64,000 bases of DNA from Reclinomonas americana ATCC 50394 (GCA_048213135.1 PS015009.1:558001-622000); one strand, 5' to 3'; counted from the first letter of the stretch, positions 27,177 through 38,037 are shown. The notes: generated from the sequence alone by a model not told the origin. Made by a program: numbers and translations.

Positions 27177-29246
27177 TCAATTTTTACCGGGAACGGCCAG
27201 TAACGCCTCCAGTTCAGGCATTGTACTGACCGGCGGAAGGCAACTGTAATCGCGGCAAACATAGGCCTGCACAGGTGTTGAGAAATCCTTTCCTTCCAGC
27301 AGCGGAAAGCCGGGTTCCTGTATAACGGCTCCCTGCAATACCCTGTTGGGAATGAACCGCTTAAGCAATTCCTCCCGCATCGGGGCATGATCACTGCCGG
27401 TAAGCACCACTTCATTCCAGCCATAAAAATGCTGCAACAGGCCGCCTGCCCATACCCCGAATGATCCCGGGTATTTAACTACTGCCGGTCCCAGGGAAAA
27501 CAGCAATTGCTCTGCCCTTTCCCGCCAGCCGGGGCGGTCGAATACAAGGGACAGGTACCCGAGGTTAGCAGCCATAAGCGCATTGCCCGAAGGTGTAGCT
27601 CCGTCATACACTTCCTTTTTCCTCACCACCAAATCTTGCTGCTCATCACCGGTAAAGAAAAAGTAACCGGTGCCGGGTTCGGAAAAGTGTTCTTCGGTAT
27701 ACCGGGTAAGCTGTTCGGCTATTTGCAGGTAACGGCTTTGAGAAGTTATTTCCTGCAGTTGAATGGCGGCCTGTATCAGGCCTGCATAGTCATCCAGGAA
27801 TGCGGGATAACGGGCCTTCCCGTTCTTATAAGTATGTTGCAGTTCGGGAAAATTGTTACCGTCGCAAAAACGGTCGACGAGGAAATTGAAAGTCCGTTCC
27901 GCCAGGGCTGCGTAACTACTGTCACCCAGTGCTCCTGCTGCTTTGCAGAGGGCGGTCACCATCATGGCATTCCACCCTAATAATATCTTATCATCGAGGC
28001 CTGGTCTTGCCCTTTGCTGTCTTGCTTTTAGAAGCTTTCCCAGGCAGATTTCCATCCGCCGGTCCAGCTCTTCCGGAGATATGTTTTCATCTTCCGCGAT
28101 TTGCGAAAATGGGCGGGTTTTTCTTAAAATATTTCTTCCTGCCCAGCCGGGTTGTTCATGAGGCAGGTTACCTTCCGTACTCACATCAAAGCAGGTACAG
28201 AAAAGAGCCGCGTCATCGCCGAGCAGGTTCACGATCTCCTCTTTCGACCAGATATAGTATTTCCCCTCCTCCCCTTCACTGTCGGCATCCAGGGCAGCAT
28301 AAAAACCACCGTCTTCATGAAGCATTTCCCTTTGCAGGAAACCAATGGTGCCACGGATGGCTTTTTCACAGGCGGGGTTGCGGGTGATGCGCCAGGCATC
28401 GGCCAGCAGGTCGACAAAAAGGGCGTTATCGTACAGCATTTTTTCAAAGTGAGGTACTTTCCATTCCGTATCGGTACTGTACCTGGCCAGTCCGCCGCCG
28501 GCCTGGTCATAAATGCCGCCTTCGAGCATGCGGTTGATGGATAGCATTGCCTGTTGCAGTGCTTCTTCACTCCCGGTAAAATGATGATACAGCAGCAGGA
28601 AGCGGATGCTGAAGGTTTGCGGGAATTTGGGTGCCTGGCCAAAACCGCCCCATTCCGTATCCGCGTTCTTCATCAGGTTATTGAAGAGGAGGCCCGGCAT
28701 TTCCGCATTCATGAACGTACCGACGCCGGTAGTGAGCCGGGAGAAATCGTTGGCCTGCTGCAGGTGCCCGGTAAGCTTTTCCGCCTGTGCCAGTATCTCT
28801 TCTCTGCGTTGTTCCCAGGCTTTCTGAACCCCTGTCAGCACTTCTGTCCACGAGGCCCGGTTAAACGCTTTCACGGGAGGAAAGTAGGTACCGCCGTAAA
28901 AAGGCTGTGCCTGGGGCGTAAGAAATACATTCAGTGGCCAGCCGCCGCTGCCGGTCATGGCCTGCACGGCATCCATATAAATGTGATCGAGATCCGGGCG
29001 TTCTTCCCTGTCAATTTTAATATTGATGAAATGCGTGTTCATCAGCCCGGCCACTTCCTCATTTTCAAAGCTCTCCCGCTCCATAACGTGACACCAGTGA
29101 CAGGCGGAATAACCGATACTTACCAGTATCACCTTATTTTCTTCCCGGGCTTTTTTCAGCGCCTCCTCTCCCCAGGGATACCAGTCCACAGGATTATACG
29201 CATGCTGTAACAGATAAGGGCTTGTTTCGTGGATGAGTTGGTTCAT
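27177..29246 (-). CDS. Thioredoxin domain-containing protein (YyaL/SSP411/DUF255 family)
   Basis: [43 protein letters not shown]. Start moved to ATG 29246. Confidence 0.93.
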   Translation of the reverse strand: MNQLIHETSPYLLQHAYNPVDWYPWGEEALKKAREENKVILVSIGYSACHWCHVMERESFENEEVAGLMNTHFINIKIDREERPDLDHIYMDAVQAMTGSGGWPLNVFLTPQAQPFYGGTYFPPVKAFNRASWTEVLTGVQKAWEQRREEILAQAEKLTGHLQQANDFSRLTTGVGTFMNAEMPGLLFNNLMKNADTEWGGFGQAPKFPQTFSIRFLLLYHHFTGSEEALQQAMLSINRMLEGGIYDQAGGGLARYSTDTEWKVPHFEKMLYDNALFVDLLADAWRITRNPACEKAIRGTIGFLQREMLHEDGGFYAALDADSEGEEGKYYIWSKEEIVNLLGDDAALFCTCFDVSTEGNLPHEQPGWAGRNILRKTRPFSQIAEDENISPEELDRRMEICLGKLLKARQQRARPGLDDKILLGWNAMMVTALCKAAGALGDSSYAALAERTFNFLVDRFCDGNNFPELQHTYKNGKARYPAFLDDYAGLIQAAIQLQEITSQSRYLQIAEQLTRYTEEHFSEPGTGYFFFTGDEQQDLVVRKKEVYDGATPSGNALMAANLGYLSLVFDRPGWRERAEQLLFSLGPAVVKYPGSFGVWAGGLLQHFYGWNEVVLTGSDHAPMREELLKRFIPNRVLQGAVIQEPGFPLLEGKDFSTPVQAYVCRDYSCLPPVSTMPELEALLAVPGKN

Positions 29247-29404
29247 GCTGATTTGATGATGTGATGATTTGACAATATGCCGATGTACAGACTCTGCAAA
29301 TATCATGTATTAAGTAAGAACCGGTTTATGATTCACTATTGGGCTGCAGGCTACCCGGTGGTTTATTTGCAGGAGTATGAATGAATAAAAATCACAAATG
29401 GCAA

Positions 29405-29433
29405 ACAAAAAACCCATCGGTTTTGATGGGTTT
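29405..29433 (-). terminator. Intrinsic terminator of hemD
   Basis: AAACCCATC-GGTTTT-GATGGGTTT stem with a T run on the minus strand. Confidence 0.75.
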
Positions 29434-29450
29434 GAATATTTTTTGAAGCA

Positions 29451-30242
29451 CTATTTCTTCTTGAGAGACGATAAGAAAAGTTCCAGCGCGCTGACCATGC
29501 TCGGTGCCTGGGGTTGCGGTGCTTTGATGTCGAGCGTAAGCCCGGCCTCTTCCGCGGCCTTGAACGTGTTGGCACCGAAAGCGCCGATACGGGTACCGTT
29601 CTGTTTGAAATCCGGGAAATTCTCAAGAAGACTTTTTACGCCACCGGGTGTGAAGAAGCAAATAACGTCGTAGTTCCTGGCCATTACGGCGGTGATATCG
29701 TTGCTCACGATGCGGTACAGCACTGGTGTGGCATACTCGCAGTTGTGTGTTTTAAGCCAGTTGGTGATTTCGCTGTCGAAAGATTCGGAACAGGGATAAA
29801 GGAATTTTTCGTTGTCCTTATGTTTATTGATCACATCAAAGACGCTTTTATTGGTGCCATCGGCGCCATAAAAAACCTTGCGTTTCCGGTAGAGGATGAA
29901 TTTCTGGAGATAAAGGGCTACAGCCTCCGTAATGCAGAAGTACTTGGTATCCTGCGAAACCGTCACTTTCATTTCCTCGCAGATGCGGAAGAAATGATCA
30001 ATGGCGTTACGGCTGGTGAAGATCACTGCCGTATAGTTCGCGATATCAATCTTTTGCTTACGGAAATCTTTGGCCGGTATCCCTTCCACTACAATAAATG
30101 GGTGGAAGTCGAGCCTGACATCATGCTTTTTAGCCAAGTCAAAGTAGGGTGATTTTTCACCTTCTGGCTTTGGTTGGGTAATAAGTATATTTTTGACCAT
30201 TTTGGCTGGTCCTTCAGCCTTTTTTGCCCCGTTTTTTACCAT
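29451..30242 (-). CDS. hemD: Uroporphyrinogen-III synthase (Bacteroidota HemD family)
   Basis: 263 aa; ILITQPKP..SPY, VIFTSRNAIDHFFR, YLQKFILYRKRK, FFTPGG, APSM motifs. Confidence 0.88.
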   Translation of the reverse strand: MVKNGAKKAEGPAKMVKNILITQPKPEGEKSPYFDLAKKHDVRLDFHPFIVVEGIPAKDFRKQKIDIANYTAVIFTSRNAIDHFFRICEEMKVTVSQDTKYFCITEAVALYLQKFILYRKRKVFYGADGTNKSVFDVINKHKDNEKFLYPCSESFDSEITNWLKTHNCEYATPVLYRIVSNDITAVMARNYDVICFFTPGGVKSLLENFPDFKQNGTRIGAFGANTFKAAEEAGLTLDIKAPQPQAPSMVSALELFLSSLKKK

Positions 30243-30268
30243 ACCTTATTCGACACTGAAGTGCAAAA

Positions 30269-31217
30269 TTACTGATTTTTACTTAACAAAAACACCAGGC
30301 CCTTGTAGATCAGCAAAAGTGGCAGAATTTCAATACCTAAAATGTATAAAAAAAAAGTGGAACCGTGTCACTTTCAACTGGTTCTGCAGCAACCCGTACG
30401 ACCTGAAAAACCTCAGCAGCAGCATCAGTCCTATAATGAGGAGTGACAGGATAACGGCAATACCGGCTATTTCCAGGGAAGAAAAGGCGATCAGCACGGC
30501 AAAAGGGAGCAGAATGATACCGATGATCTTATTAATGAGAAACGTAATGAAAACATAAATATTGGTTTGCTCCCCATACCCGGTGATCCAGCCGGTAAAC
30601 TTGAGGGTACAATATTTAAGCAGGTAAATAAGGGCCAGCACACCTACCGAGGAGGCCACCAGCATCCAGAGGTTACCGGGTTGTATCCATCTTTCATGCA
30701 ACAGCAGCAGGTATACATATACGCCTCCGCTGAGCACGAAAAGCACATTAAACAATAAAGACGGCAATTTGGCCTGCAGCAACTGGTCGGTCAGTTGGCT
30801 TTGCCGTAACGAGGTATTGAAGAATACCCGAAAAAGATTCGTGAAATAGCGGCTGTAAAATATCTTGATACATCCCAGGAATACCAGTAACCCGGCAAGC
30901 AGGTAAAAGATGGCTTCATTCTTTTCCGGAATCTTGTACTTTACGGCTATGGAGTCGGGCGTGCTTTTACTGTTGAGCATTTTATTGTTGCTGAGCAGGT
31001 GATCGGGTGTAAAAAACTGCGGGGATGCCGTATTGATCACGGAAGGTTTTACAAGGCTGTCTGCGGCTGTTTGAACGGCCGCAGTATCCGGGTGCGGCTG
31101 CACACCAGCGGTATCGGGCAAACGACGCGAACTATCTGCCTGGCGGGCATACCCTGCCAGTGATTGCAGCATCATCAGGAACCAGAACAGCTTTTTTACC
31201 AAGATAGTTTTTTGCAA
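30269..31217 (-). CDS. DUF4271 domain membrane protein; apparent +1 frameshift at the A9 run (30348-30356)
   Basis: Multi-TM protein. As given it stops at 30330; removing one base restores HFFLYILGIEILPLLLIYKGLVFLLSKNQ* (stop 30269-30271). Confidence 0.8.
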
Positions 31218-31249
31218 AAATAAAGGCTAACAGGCGAACTTCTTCCTCT

Positions 31250-33055
31250 TTAAAAATAATTGATATACCCAAAATGTATTTTGGAGGCTTCCCGCAGGCT
31301 GAACTTAACATCATCCCGCTTACCTACGGCATAACTGATGTTGAGAAGGCCGAAGCCGGTCTCGAAATTCAGCCCAATACCGCCGCCGATAAAATTGTTG
31401 TTGGTATTCACCGCCTGGTATTTGTTTTTAACCAGCGCCCCGTCGGCAAAAGCGAAAAAATAAGAATTCAATCCCAACCGGTAGCGGAACTCTGCCGTGA
31501 GTACGCCATACTGGCTGGCATAGATACTTTCCTCGGTAAAGCCCCGCAACAATTTATACCCGCCTATCTGGAACAATTCATTGCGGAAGGTGCTCGGGCT
31601 GACAAACACACCGGCATTTACAGCCGTCCGAATGGTGGACTGTTTACCCAGCGGGAAATAATGAGCCGCAGCCAGTTTTACACGAAACTGGTAACTCTTT
31701 AGTTTAACCGAATCGTAAAGGGTGCCGTAGTTGAATGACGGGTCTTTTATGTTGAGGATGTCGTTGTTCCTGGTTATTTTTTTGGTACCCACGGTGCCGA
31801 TTATACGCAGTTCATTCCCCTTCCTGGGGTTGAGCTTGTAATCGGTCTTATTCCAGTCATAGTCGATACCTACGTTAATAGCGGTAACGTCGATATTGGG
31901 CGGCAGTTTTTTGGTGGCGATCACCACGTTGGTATCAACTCCGGCGCCCAGCAGGAAGCTGTTCTGCCACTGAACGAACAGTTTACCCGACTGGTTGGCA
32001 GACAACAGGTATTGCAGCCCCAGTTGCGCATTGATCTGCAGGAAAGTGGAGTCTTTCTTGAACAGGTCGAAAAGAAAATCGATACCGAAAGAAGAGTTGA
32101 ATATATAAGGATGCTGGTAACCCAGGTTCAGCCGCGGTGATTTGGCCTGCAGGCTTTGCCAGTTGAGCAGGATGCTTTCGCCTGATCCCAGTACGTTCTT
32201 CAGGTTCAGGTTTACGTCGGCGGTAAGCTGCAGTTTACCATCCTGGCCGGCATTGGGCAGAAAGCCCACCAGGAAGTTGACCTGGCTGCTTCGCTTGGGT
32301 GCCAGGTAAAGGTTCAGTACGGCACCTGAACCCAGCATGGTGATGTCGCTGGGTTGTATTTCCTGCAGGTAAGGCAGCTCCAGTATCCGTTTGCTGACCT
32401 GCTGCAGTTTGGAGCGGCTGTAGATCGTTTTTTTAGGCAGGCTGAGATAGTGTTCCAGGAAGCTTTTCGATATTTTGGCCTTACCCAGTATCCTGATGCT
32501 GTCGATATGGTACAAAGGCCCCCGTTTGGCTTTCAGCAGGGCATCGATCCTGTCTTCTTCCAGGCGTATACTGTCGAGGTAGATGGAAGCGAACGGATAC
32601 CCGTTGTCTTCATAATAATCCAGCAGGCTTTCCTGTACCTGGCGAAGCTGGTCCATATTGATGATCTTGCCGGTAAAGTTTTTCGCATTGTAGCGGCTGT
32701 TATCAAGTGCTCTTCTTTCGATGCTGTCGGGTTGCAGCCGTACCCAGCGGTATTGTTTGCCCAGGAACAGGCGGATGCTGGTATATTCTGTATTGGTTGA
32801 AACGGTATCGACAGATGCGGTAGGATAACCTTTTGTACCCAGGTAGCGGGGCAGTTGCATCACATAAGCGTAGCAATCCAGTTCATTGATAAAGCTGGTC
32901 TGTATTTGCAGTGGCTGCAGGTTAAAGGCGGTATCTTTGTCAACCAGGCTGATGCGCAGTGTGTGTTGCGCTTTCAGGGCGCAGGGCAGCAGGATCAGCA
33001 GCAGGCTCTTCAGCATAACAGCGCTTACTGCCTTGTATTTTGTTTTGAATTGCAT
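31250..33055 (-). CDS. BamA/TamA (Omp85) family outer membrane protein with POTRA domains
   Basis: GYP-containing POTRA-like repeats, GGYKLLRGF loop-6 motif, C-terminal KIHFGYINYF beta-signal. Start may be ATG 33016. Confidence 0.85.
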   Translation of the reverse strand: MQFKTKYKAVSAVMLKSLLLILLPCALKAQHTLRISLVDKDTAFNLQPLQIQTSFINELDCYAYVMQLPRYLGTKGYPTASVDTVSTNTEYTSIRLFLGKQYRWVRLQPDSIERRALDNSRYNAKNFTGKIINMDQLRQVQESLLDYYEDNGYPFASIYLDSIRLEEDRIDALLKAKRGPLYHIDSIRILGKAKISKSFLEHYLSLPKKTIYSRSKLQQVSKRILELPYLQEIQPSDITMLGSGAVLNLYLAPKRSSQVNFLVGFLPNAGQDGKLQLTADVNLNLKNVLGSGESILLNWQSLQAKSPRLNLGYQHPYIFNSSFGIDFLFDLFKKDSTFLQINAQLGLQYLLSANQSGKLFVQWQNSFLLGAGVDTNVVIATKKLPPNIDVTAINVGIDYDWNKTDYKLNPRKGNELRIIGTVGTKKITRNNDILNIKDPSFNYGTLYDSVKLKSYQFRVKLAAAHYFPLGKQSTIRTAVNAGVFVSPSTFRNELFQIGGYKLLRGFTEESIYASQYGVLTAEFRYRLGLNSYFFAFADGALVKNKYQAVNTNNNFIGGGIGLNFETGFGLLNISYAVGKRDDVKFSLREASKIHFGYINYF

Positions 33056-33108
33056 CGGCTGGAAACGAATACCAATATTAGTTATTAAATATTAAACCGA
33101 AAAAACGC

Positions 33109-34239
33109 TTGGCAGGCATTTATCTTCATATCCCTTTTTGCAGGCAGGCCTGTCATTACTGTAATTTTCATTTCTCCACTTCGCTGCGGCAGAAAGACGC
33201 GGTGGTTGCTGCCCTGCTGCGGGAGATTGAACTCACGCCTTTATACTCTTCCGGCACAGCGGATATTCACACCATTTATTTTGGCGGCGGCACACCCAGT
33301 TTGTTACCTGCAGATGACCTGGAGAAAATTTTGGCAGCCCTGCATAGCAAATTCAATGTAAGTACGGATGCAGAGATCACGCTGGAAGCCAACCCCGATG
33401 ATATTGACGATGCCTTACTCCGCAGCTGGCGCCAACTGGGCATCAACAGGCTGAGCGTGGGCATACAAAGTTTTTCTGAAGAGGAATTAAAGTGGATGAA
33501 CCGGGCCCATACGACAACAGAAGCATTGAACTGTATTGATAAGATAAGGAGTGCCGGTTTTGATAATTTTTCCATCGATCTTATATACGGCTCTCCTTTA
33601 CTCGATGATGAACAATGGAAGCAGAATGTTCAGCTCGTTATTGAAAAGAAAGTACCGCATATTTCCTGCTATGCTTTAACGGTGGAACCCAAAACCGCTT
33701 TAGAAAAAATGATCAGCCTGCATAAGAAGGCCGATGTTGATCCTGAAAGGCAGGCCCGCCAGTTTGTTTTGCTGATGGAATGGATGGAACAGGCGGGGTA
33801 CGATCATTACGAGATCAGTAACTATGCGTTGCCGGGCAGGCACAGCCGCCACAACAGCAGTTACTGGCAGGGTGAACCTTATTACGGTTTTGGCCCGTCG
33901 GCACATGCTTACGATGGCATCGGCCGCAGGAGCTGGAACCTGGCCAATAATGCCCTGTACATTGAATCCCTCTCTGAAAATAAATTGCCTTTTGAAGAAG
34001 AGTTGCTGACGCCGGTGCAGCAGGTGAATGAATACATCATGACGGCACTGCGTACCCGCGAGGGGATTGATATTAATAAAATAGAATCGTTGCTCGATGA
34101 CCGGTCATTGAAAACGTTCAACAATACCATTATGAAGTGGATGAACAGCGGTCACGCAACAATAAAAGACAACCGCATCTTCTTAACCCGTGAAGGAAAG
34201 TTATTCGCCGACGGCATAGCAGCCGACTTGTTCTTATAG
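33109..34239 (+). CDS. hemW: Radical SAM heme chaperone HemW
   Basis: YLHIPFC, CxxxCxxC, GGGTPS, YEISNY and HNSSYW (HNxxYW); TTG start. Confidence 0.93.
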   Translation: MAGIYLHIPFCRQACHYCNFHFSTSLRQKDAVVAALLREIELTPLYSSGTADIHTIYFGGGTPSLLPADDLEKILAALHSKFNVSTDAEITLEANPDDIDDALLRSWRQLGINRLSVGIQSFSEEELKWMNRAHTTTEALNCIDKIRSAGFDNFSIDLIYGSPLLDDEQWKQNVQLVIEKKVPHISCYALTVEPKTALEKMISLHKKADVDPERQARQFVLLMEWMEQAGYDHYEISNYALPGRHSRHNSSYWQGEPYYGFGPSAHAYDGIGRRSWNLANNALYIESLSENKLPFEEELLTPVQQVNEYIMTALRTREGIDINKIESLLDDRSLKTFNNTIMKWMNSGHATIKDNRIFLTREGKLFADGIAADLFL

Positions 34240-34289
34240 TTCTTTTGTAAAATGAAAGTTGTGAAAAGACAACCAGTAATTCGTCATTG

Positions 34290-34400
34290 CTAATTCATCA
34301 TTTTCTTCCTCCGAAGGTACTGTACTCCCTGCCCTATCATAAGGCAGGCGATCATCAGCAGGAGCGCCGCGGTACCTATATTTGAGAAAGAGAAAGGCAT
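34290..34400 (-). CDS. Possible 36-aa single-TM peptide
   Basis: MPFSFSNIGTAALLLMIACLMIGQGVQYLRRKKMMN*; hydrophobic core followed by RRKK; 32 nt downstream of gpsA. Confidence 0.4.
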   Translation of the reverse strand: MPFSFSNIGTAALLLMIACLMIGQGVQYLRRKKMMN

Positions 34401-34432
34401 GGCTTATTTGTTACTGCTAAGTTACCCCATTC

Positions 34433-35479
34433 CTACACCAATTCCTGCTCAATTTTGTTAAATCCTTCCCTGGCGGGCATTCCCTCCCACAAAATGTGAT
34501 AAACGGTCTCCGCGATGGGCATTTCGGCCTGTATGGACCGGTTAATGGTATACATACAGCGGCTGGCATTGTACCCCTCGGCTACCATGCTCATTTCCAG
34601 CTGCGCCGCTTTAACGGAGTAGCCTTTACCAATCATGTTACCAAAAGCCCGGTTGCGGCTGTGCAGTGAGTAGCAGGTCACCAGCAGGTCGCCCAGGTAA
34701 ACGGAGGCTGCATAGTTGGTCGACAATTGTTCCTGCGGCGCATGTTCGTTGTGATGGTGGTCGATAGATCCTACCTGTATGTTCTGTATACCCGCTTTAC
34801 GGAGGAACACGGCCATTTCATCGGCGCTGTTGGCGATGAGCACGCTCAGGAAATTGTCGCCATAATCAAGACCATGAGCAATGCCGGCTCCCAGGGCGTA
34901 TATGTTTTTCAATACCGCGGCGAACTGAACACCATAGATGTCGTTGTTCACTACCGTATTCAGGTAAGGTGTTTTGAAGTATTGGGCAATTGCGGCAGCT
35001 GCGGTTTCATCAACACCGGAGAAGGTAAGGTAAGATAATTTTTCAGCAGCCACTTCTTCCGCATGGCAGGGGCCCAGCACGGCAAAGTAATTACTGAGGG
35101 GCACATCAAATTCCTGCGCCAGGTATTCATTCAGCAACTGGTTGCTTTCTGGTAATACCCCTTTAATGGCGGAGATGATCTTCTTTCCTGAAAAACTGTT
35201 TTTATCCAGTCCACGCAGCGCGGCACCGGCATATGCCGAAGGCACAGCGATGATGATGCAGTCGCTGTTGCGCACAACTTCACCAGGATCGGTGGTCAGT
35301 TTCAGTTTTTGTGTATCGAAATAAGCGGCAGGCAGGTATTGCGGGTTATGATGCCGGGCCAGTATGTGTTGGATGGCTTCTTCGCTCCGGTTCCACCAGT
35401 AAATGCTGTTGCCGTTATCGGTAAGTATTTTCGCGATGGCCGTACCCCAGCTTCCGCTTCCCAGTATACCAAAATTCAT
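34433..35479 (-). CDS. gpsA: NAD(P)H-dependent glycerol-3-phosphate dehydrogenase
   Basis: GSGSWGTA, GPCHAEEV, LKNIYA, GDLLVTCYS..SRNR. Start moved to ATG 35479. Confidence 0.95.
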   Translation of the reverse strand: MNFGILGSGSWGTAIAKILTDNGNSIYWWNRSEEAIQHILARHHNPQYLPAAYFDTQKLKLTTDPGEVVRNSDCIIIAVPSAYAGAALRGLDKNSFSGKKIISAIKGVLPESNQLLNEYLAQEFDVPLSNYFAVLGPCHAEEVAAEKLSYLTFSGVDETAAAAIAQYFKTPYLNTVVNNDIYGVQFAAVLKNIYALGAGIAHGLDYGDNFLSVLIANSADEMAVFLRKAGIQNIQVGSIDHHHNEHAPQEQLSTNYAASVYLGDLLVTCYSLHSRNRAFGNMIGKGYSVKAAQLEMSMVAEGYNASRCMYTINRSIQAEMPIAETVYHILWEGMPAREGFNKIEQELV

Positions 35480-35539
35480 AATGTTGTTGTTTTGGATTGC
35501 AGCAGGATGCAGGCGGAGCCGGGTAAGCTGCAACCTTTT

Positions 35540-36244
35540 TTATAAGCCCAGTTTTTCAACTGCCAGCTGGGCCGCGATCTGGCTGGCGTCTTTTTTATTG
35601 TACCCTTTTGCTTCGGCTACCAGTTCCCCATCGACCGTAGCGCCAATGGTAAAGAGCCGACGGCCGTTCTCGAATTTTTCATCCAGTGTTTCAAATTCGA
35701 GGGCTTTGCCATTTTTATTGGCCCAGCCATATAATTTGTTCTTAATATTGATCTCAATGCCTTCCAGGTCGTCGATGAACAGGTGCGGCATAATGATGTA
35801 TTTCTCCACCCATTTCTGCGTGGCGTTGTAACCTTTATCAAGATAAACAGCGCCGATAAGGGCTTCCAGGGTATTGCCGAAGATCTGCGATATCTTCAGT
35901 GAATTGTCGTACTTATTGTAAAAAGTAATTTTTTTCAATCCCATTTTCAGGGCAATGTCGTTCAGCTTCTGGCGGTTTACCATCTTGCTGCGCATTTCGG
36001 TAAGAAAGCCCTCGCCTTTGTAGGGGTATTTCCGGAACAGGTAATGCGCCACTATTGAACTCAATACGGCATCACCCAGGAATTCAAGCCTTTCATTGTT
36101 CTCATCTGCACCTTCCCTTACACTGCGGTGGCTGAGGGCCGTTTTGTACAATGCCACATCCACCGGGGTAAATCCCAGTACATTGTTGAGTTGTTTTTTA
36201 AACTCCTTGTTCTGACCGTTAAAGAAATTCCTTATGAACTGCAA
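35540..36244 (-). CDS. rnc: Ribonuclease III
   Basis: NERLEFLGDAVL signature plus C-terminal dsRBD; TTG start. Confidence 0.97.
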   Translation of the reverse strand: MQFIRNFFNGQNKEFKKQLNNVLGFTPVDVALYKTALSHRSVREGADENNERLEFLGDAVLSSIVAHYLFRKYPYKGEGFLTEMRSKMVNRQKLNDIALKMGLKKITFYNKYDNSLKISQIFGNTLEALIGAVYLDKGYNATQKWVEKYIIMPHLFIDDLEGIEINIKNKLYGWANKNGKALEFETLDEKFENGRRLFTIGATVDGELVAEAKGYNKKDASQIAAQLAVEKLGL

Positions 36245-36334
36245 AGCCGGAGGATATGTTTATTCGAAATTAAAGTTTTTTTATGAGAGCCGGTAATAAG
36301 ATACAATATGGTAGTGCTACAGTTTTATTTTTGA

Positions 36335-36399
36335 GTCATTCCGACGAAAGAAGGAATCTCTTTTCTGTGCTGAGAGATACCTCGTTACCTCGGTATGAC
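36335..36399. repeat. REP-like nested palindrome (GTCATTCCGA...TCGGTATGAC)
   Basis: Outer arms 36335-36344 / 36390-36399 (9/10) and inner arms GGAATCTC / GAGATACC (7/8). Confidence 0.7.
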
Positions 36400-36518
36400 A
36401 TAAAGGAACAGGACTCAAACTGGCGCACCACCTACAATATACTGCATCCCGGATCGGCGATCCATTATTCGGGTCTCATTTCAATAACGAAAGCGGGTTA
36501 GAATAAATTGCGGTGGTC

Positions 36519-37772
36519 TCAGGCTTTGAACTTTTTCACGATTACGCTGGCATTGTGCCCTCCGAAACCGAAGGTATTGCTGAGTGCCGCGTTTACCGTG
36601 CGTTGCTGCGCTTTATTGAAAGTAAAGTTAAGACGGGGGTCCAGTTCCGGGTCGTCTGTAAAATGGTTGATGGTAGGCGGAACAATGTCCTGGCATACCG
36701 CCATGATACAGGCCAGTGCCTCCAGTGCGCCGGCTGCACCCAGGCAGTGACCGGTCATACTTTTGGTGGAACTGATGTTGAGGTTATAGGCATGTTCGCC
36801 AAAAACATTAAGGATGGCCTTGGTTTCGGCGATGTCGCCCAGCGGTGTTGAGGTGCCGTGCACGTTGATGTAGTCGATCTCTGAAGCATCCATGCCGGCA
36901 TCTTTCAGTGTGGCGATCATTACATTTTTTGCACCCAGTCCTTCGGGATGAGGGGCGGTAATGTGATGGGCATCGGCAGTTGCGCCGCCACCTGCGATTT
37001 CGCAATAGATCTTGGCACCCCTGGCCAGGGCGTGATCGAGACTTTCCAGTACCAGTATACCGGCGCCTTCACCCATTACAAACCCGTCGCGGTCCTTGTC
37101 AAAGGGCCGGCTGGCGGTTTTGGGATCGTCGTTCCTTTCGCTGAGGGCTTTCATGGCATTGAAACCACCCACACCTGCCGCGCTAACCACAGCTTCGCTG
37201 CCGCCGGTAATGATGATATCGGCCTTACCCAGGCGGATATTGTCAAAAGCGTCGATAATAGCGTTGGTGCTGGAGGCGCAGGCGCTTACCACTGCGAAAT
37301 TGGGACCGCGGAAACCATGCCTCATCGAGATCTGGCCTGCCGCAATGTCGAGGATCATTTTGGGTATGAAGAAGGGGTTAAAACGGGGAGTTCCGTCGCC
37401 CAGCGCAAAATTGGTCACTTCTTCCTGGAAAGTGATGAGCCCGCCGATACCGCTGGCGAAGATGACGCCCACCCTGTCCACATCAACATTATCTTTATTG
37501 ATGCCTGCATCTTTCACCGCTTCGTCGCTGGCGATAAGTGCAAACTGGGTGAACCTGTCTATCTTCCTCGCTTCCTTACGGTCGAGGTATTCGGTGGGTT
37601 CAAAGTCTTTAACTTCACAGGCAAACCTAGTTTTAAATTTGCTGCAGTCAAATTGCTTAATATGGTCGCAACCGCTTACACCATTTGCAAGTCCCTGCCA
37701 ATATTCAGCAACGGTTTTGCCCAATGGAGTAAGGGCTCCCAGCCCGGTTACTACAACTCTGTTTAAAGCCAT
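36519..37772 (-). CDS. fabF: Beta-ketoacyl-ACP synthase II
   Basis: 417 aa; RVVVTGLG, SACAS, HGTSTPLGD, KSMTGH, NTFGFGGHN. Confidence 0.97.
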   Translation of the reverse strand: MALNRVVVTGLGALTPLGKTVAEYWQGLANGVSGCDHIKQFDCSKFKTRFACEVKDFEPTEYLDRKEARKIDRFTQFALIASDEAVKDAGINKDNVDVDRVGVIFASGIGGLITFQEEVTNFALGDGTPRFNPFFIPKMILDIAAGQISMRHGFRGPNFAVVSACASSTNAIIDAFDNIRLGKADIIITGGSEAVVSAAGVGGFNAMKALSERNDDPKTASRPFDKDRDGFVMGEGAGILVLESLDHALARGAKIYCEIAGGGATADAHHITAPHPEGLGAKNVMIATLKDAGMDASEIDYINVHGTSTPLGDIAETKAILNVFGEHAYNLNISSTKSMTGHCLGAAGALEALACIMAVCQDIVPPTINHFTDDPELDPRLNFTFNKAQQRTVNAALSNTFGFGGHNASVIVKKFKA

Positions 37773-37800
37773 AAAGTTTGCCTGTGATAATTAATGAAAA

Positions 37801-38037
37801 TTACTTAGCGTGTTCTTCTAAGTAAGCGTTAGCCTGACCTACAGTAGTAATGGTCTCAGCTTGTTCATCAGGAATAGAAATATTAAATTCTTTTTCAAAT
37901 TCCATAATCAATTCTACAGTGTCCAAGCTATCGGCACCGAGATCGTTGGTGAAAGAAGCTTCGGGGGTAACTTCAGCCTCGTCAACACCCAATTTGTCAA
38001 CAATAATTTTCTTTACTCTTGTTGCAATGTCTGACAT
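37801..38037 (-). CDS. acpP: Acyl carrier protein
   Basis: 78 aa from ATG 38037; [20 protein letters not shown] -7 box at 38073-38066. Confidence 0.98.
   Translation of the reverse strand: MSDIATRVKKIIVDKLGVDEAEVTPEASFTNDLGADSLDTVELIMEFEKEFNISIPDEQAETITTVGQANAYLEEHAK

Noticed and set aside
36948-37794. 272-aa and 232-aa plus-strand ORFs
   Set aside because: Antisense shadows of fabF.
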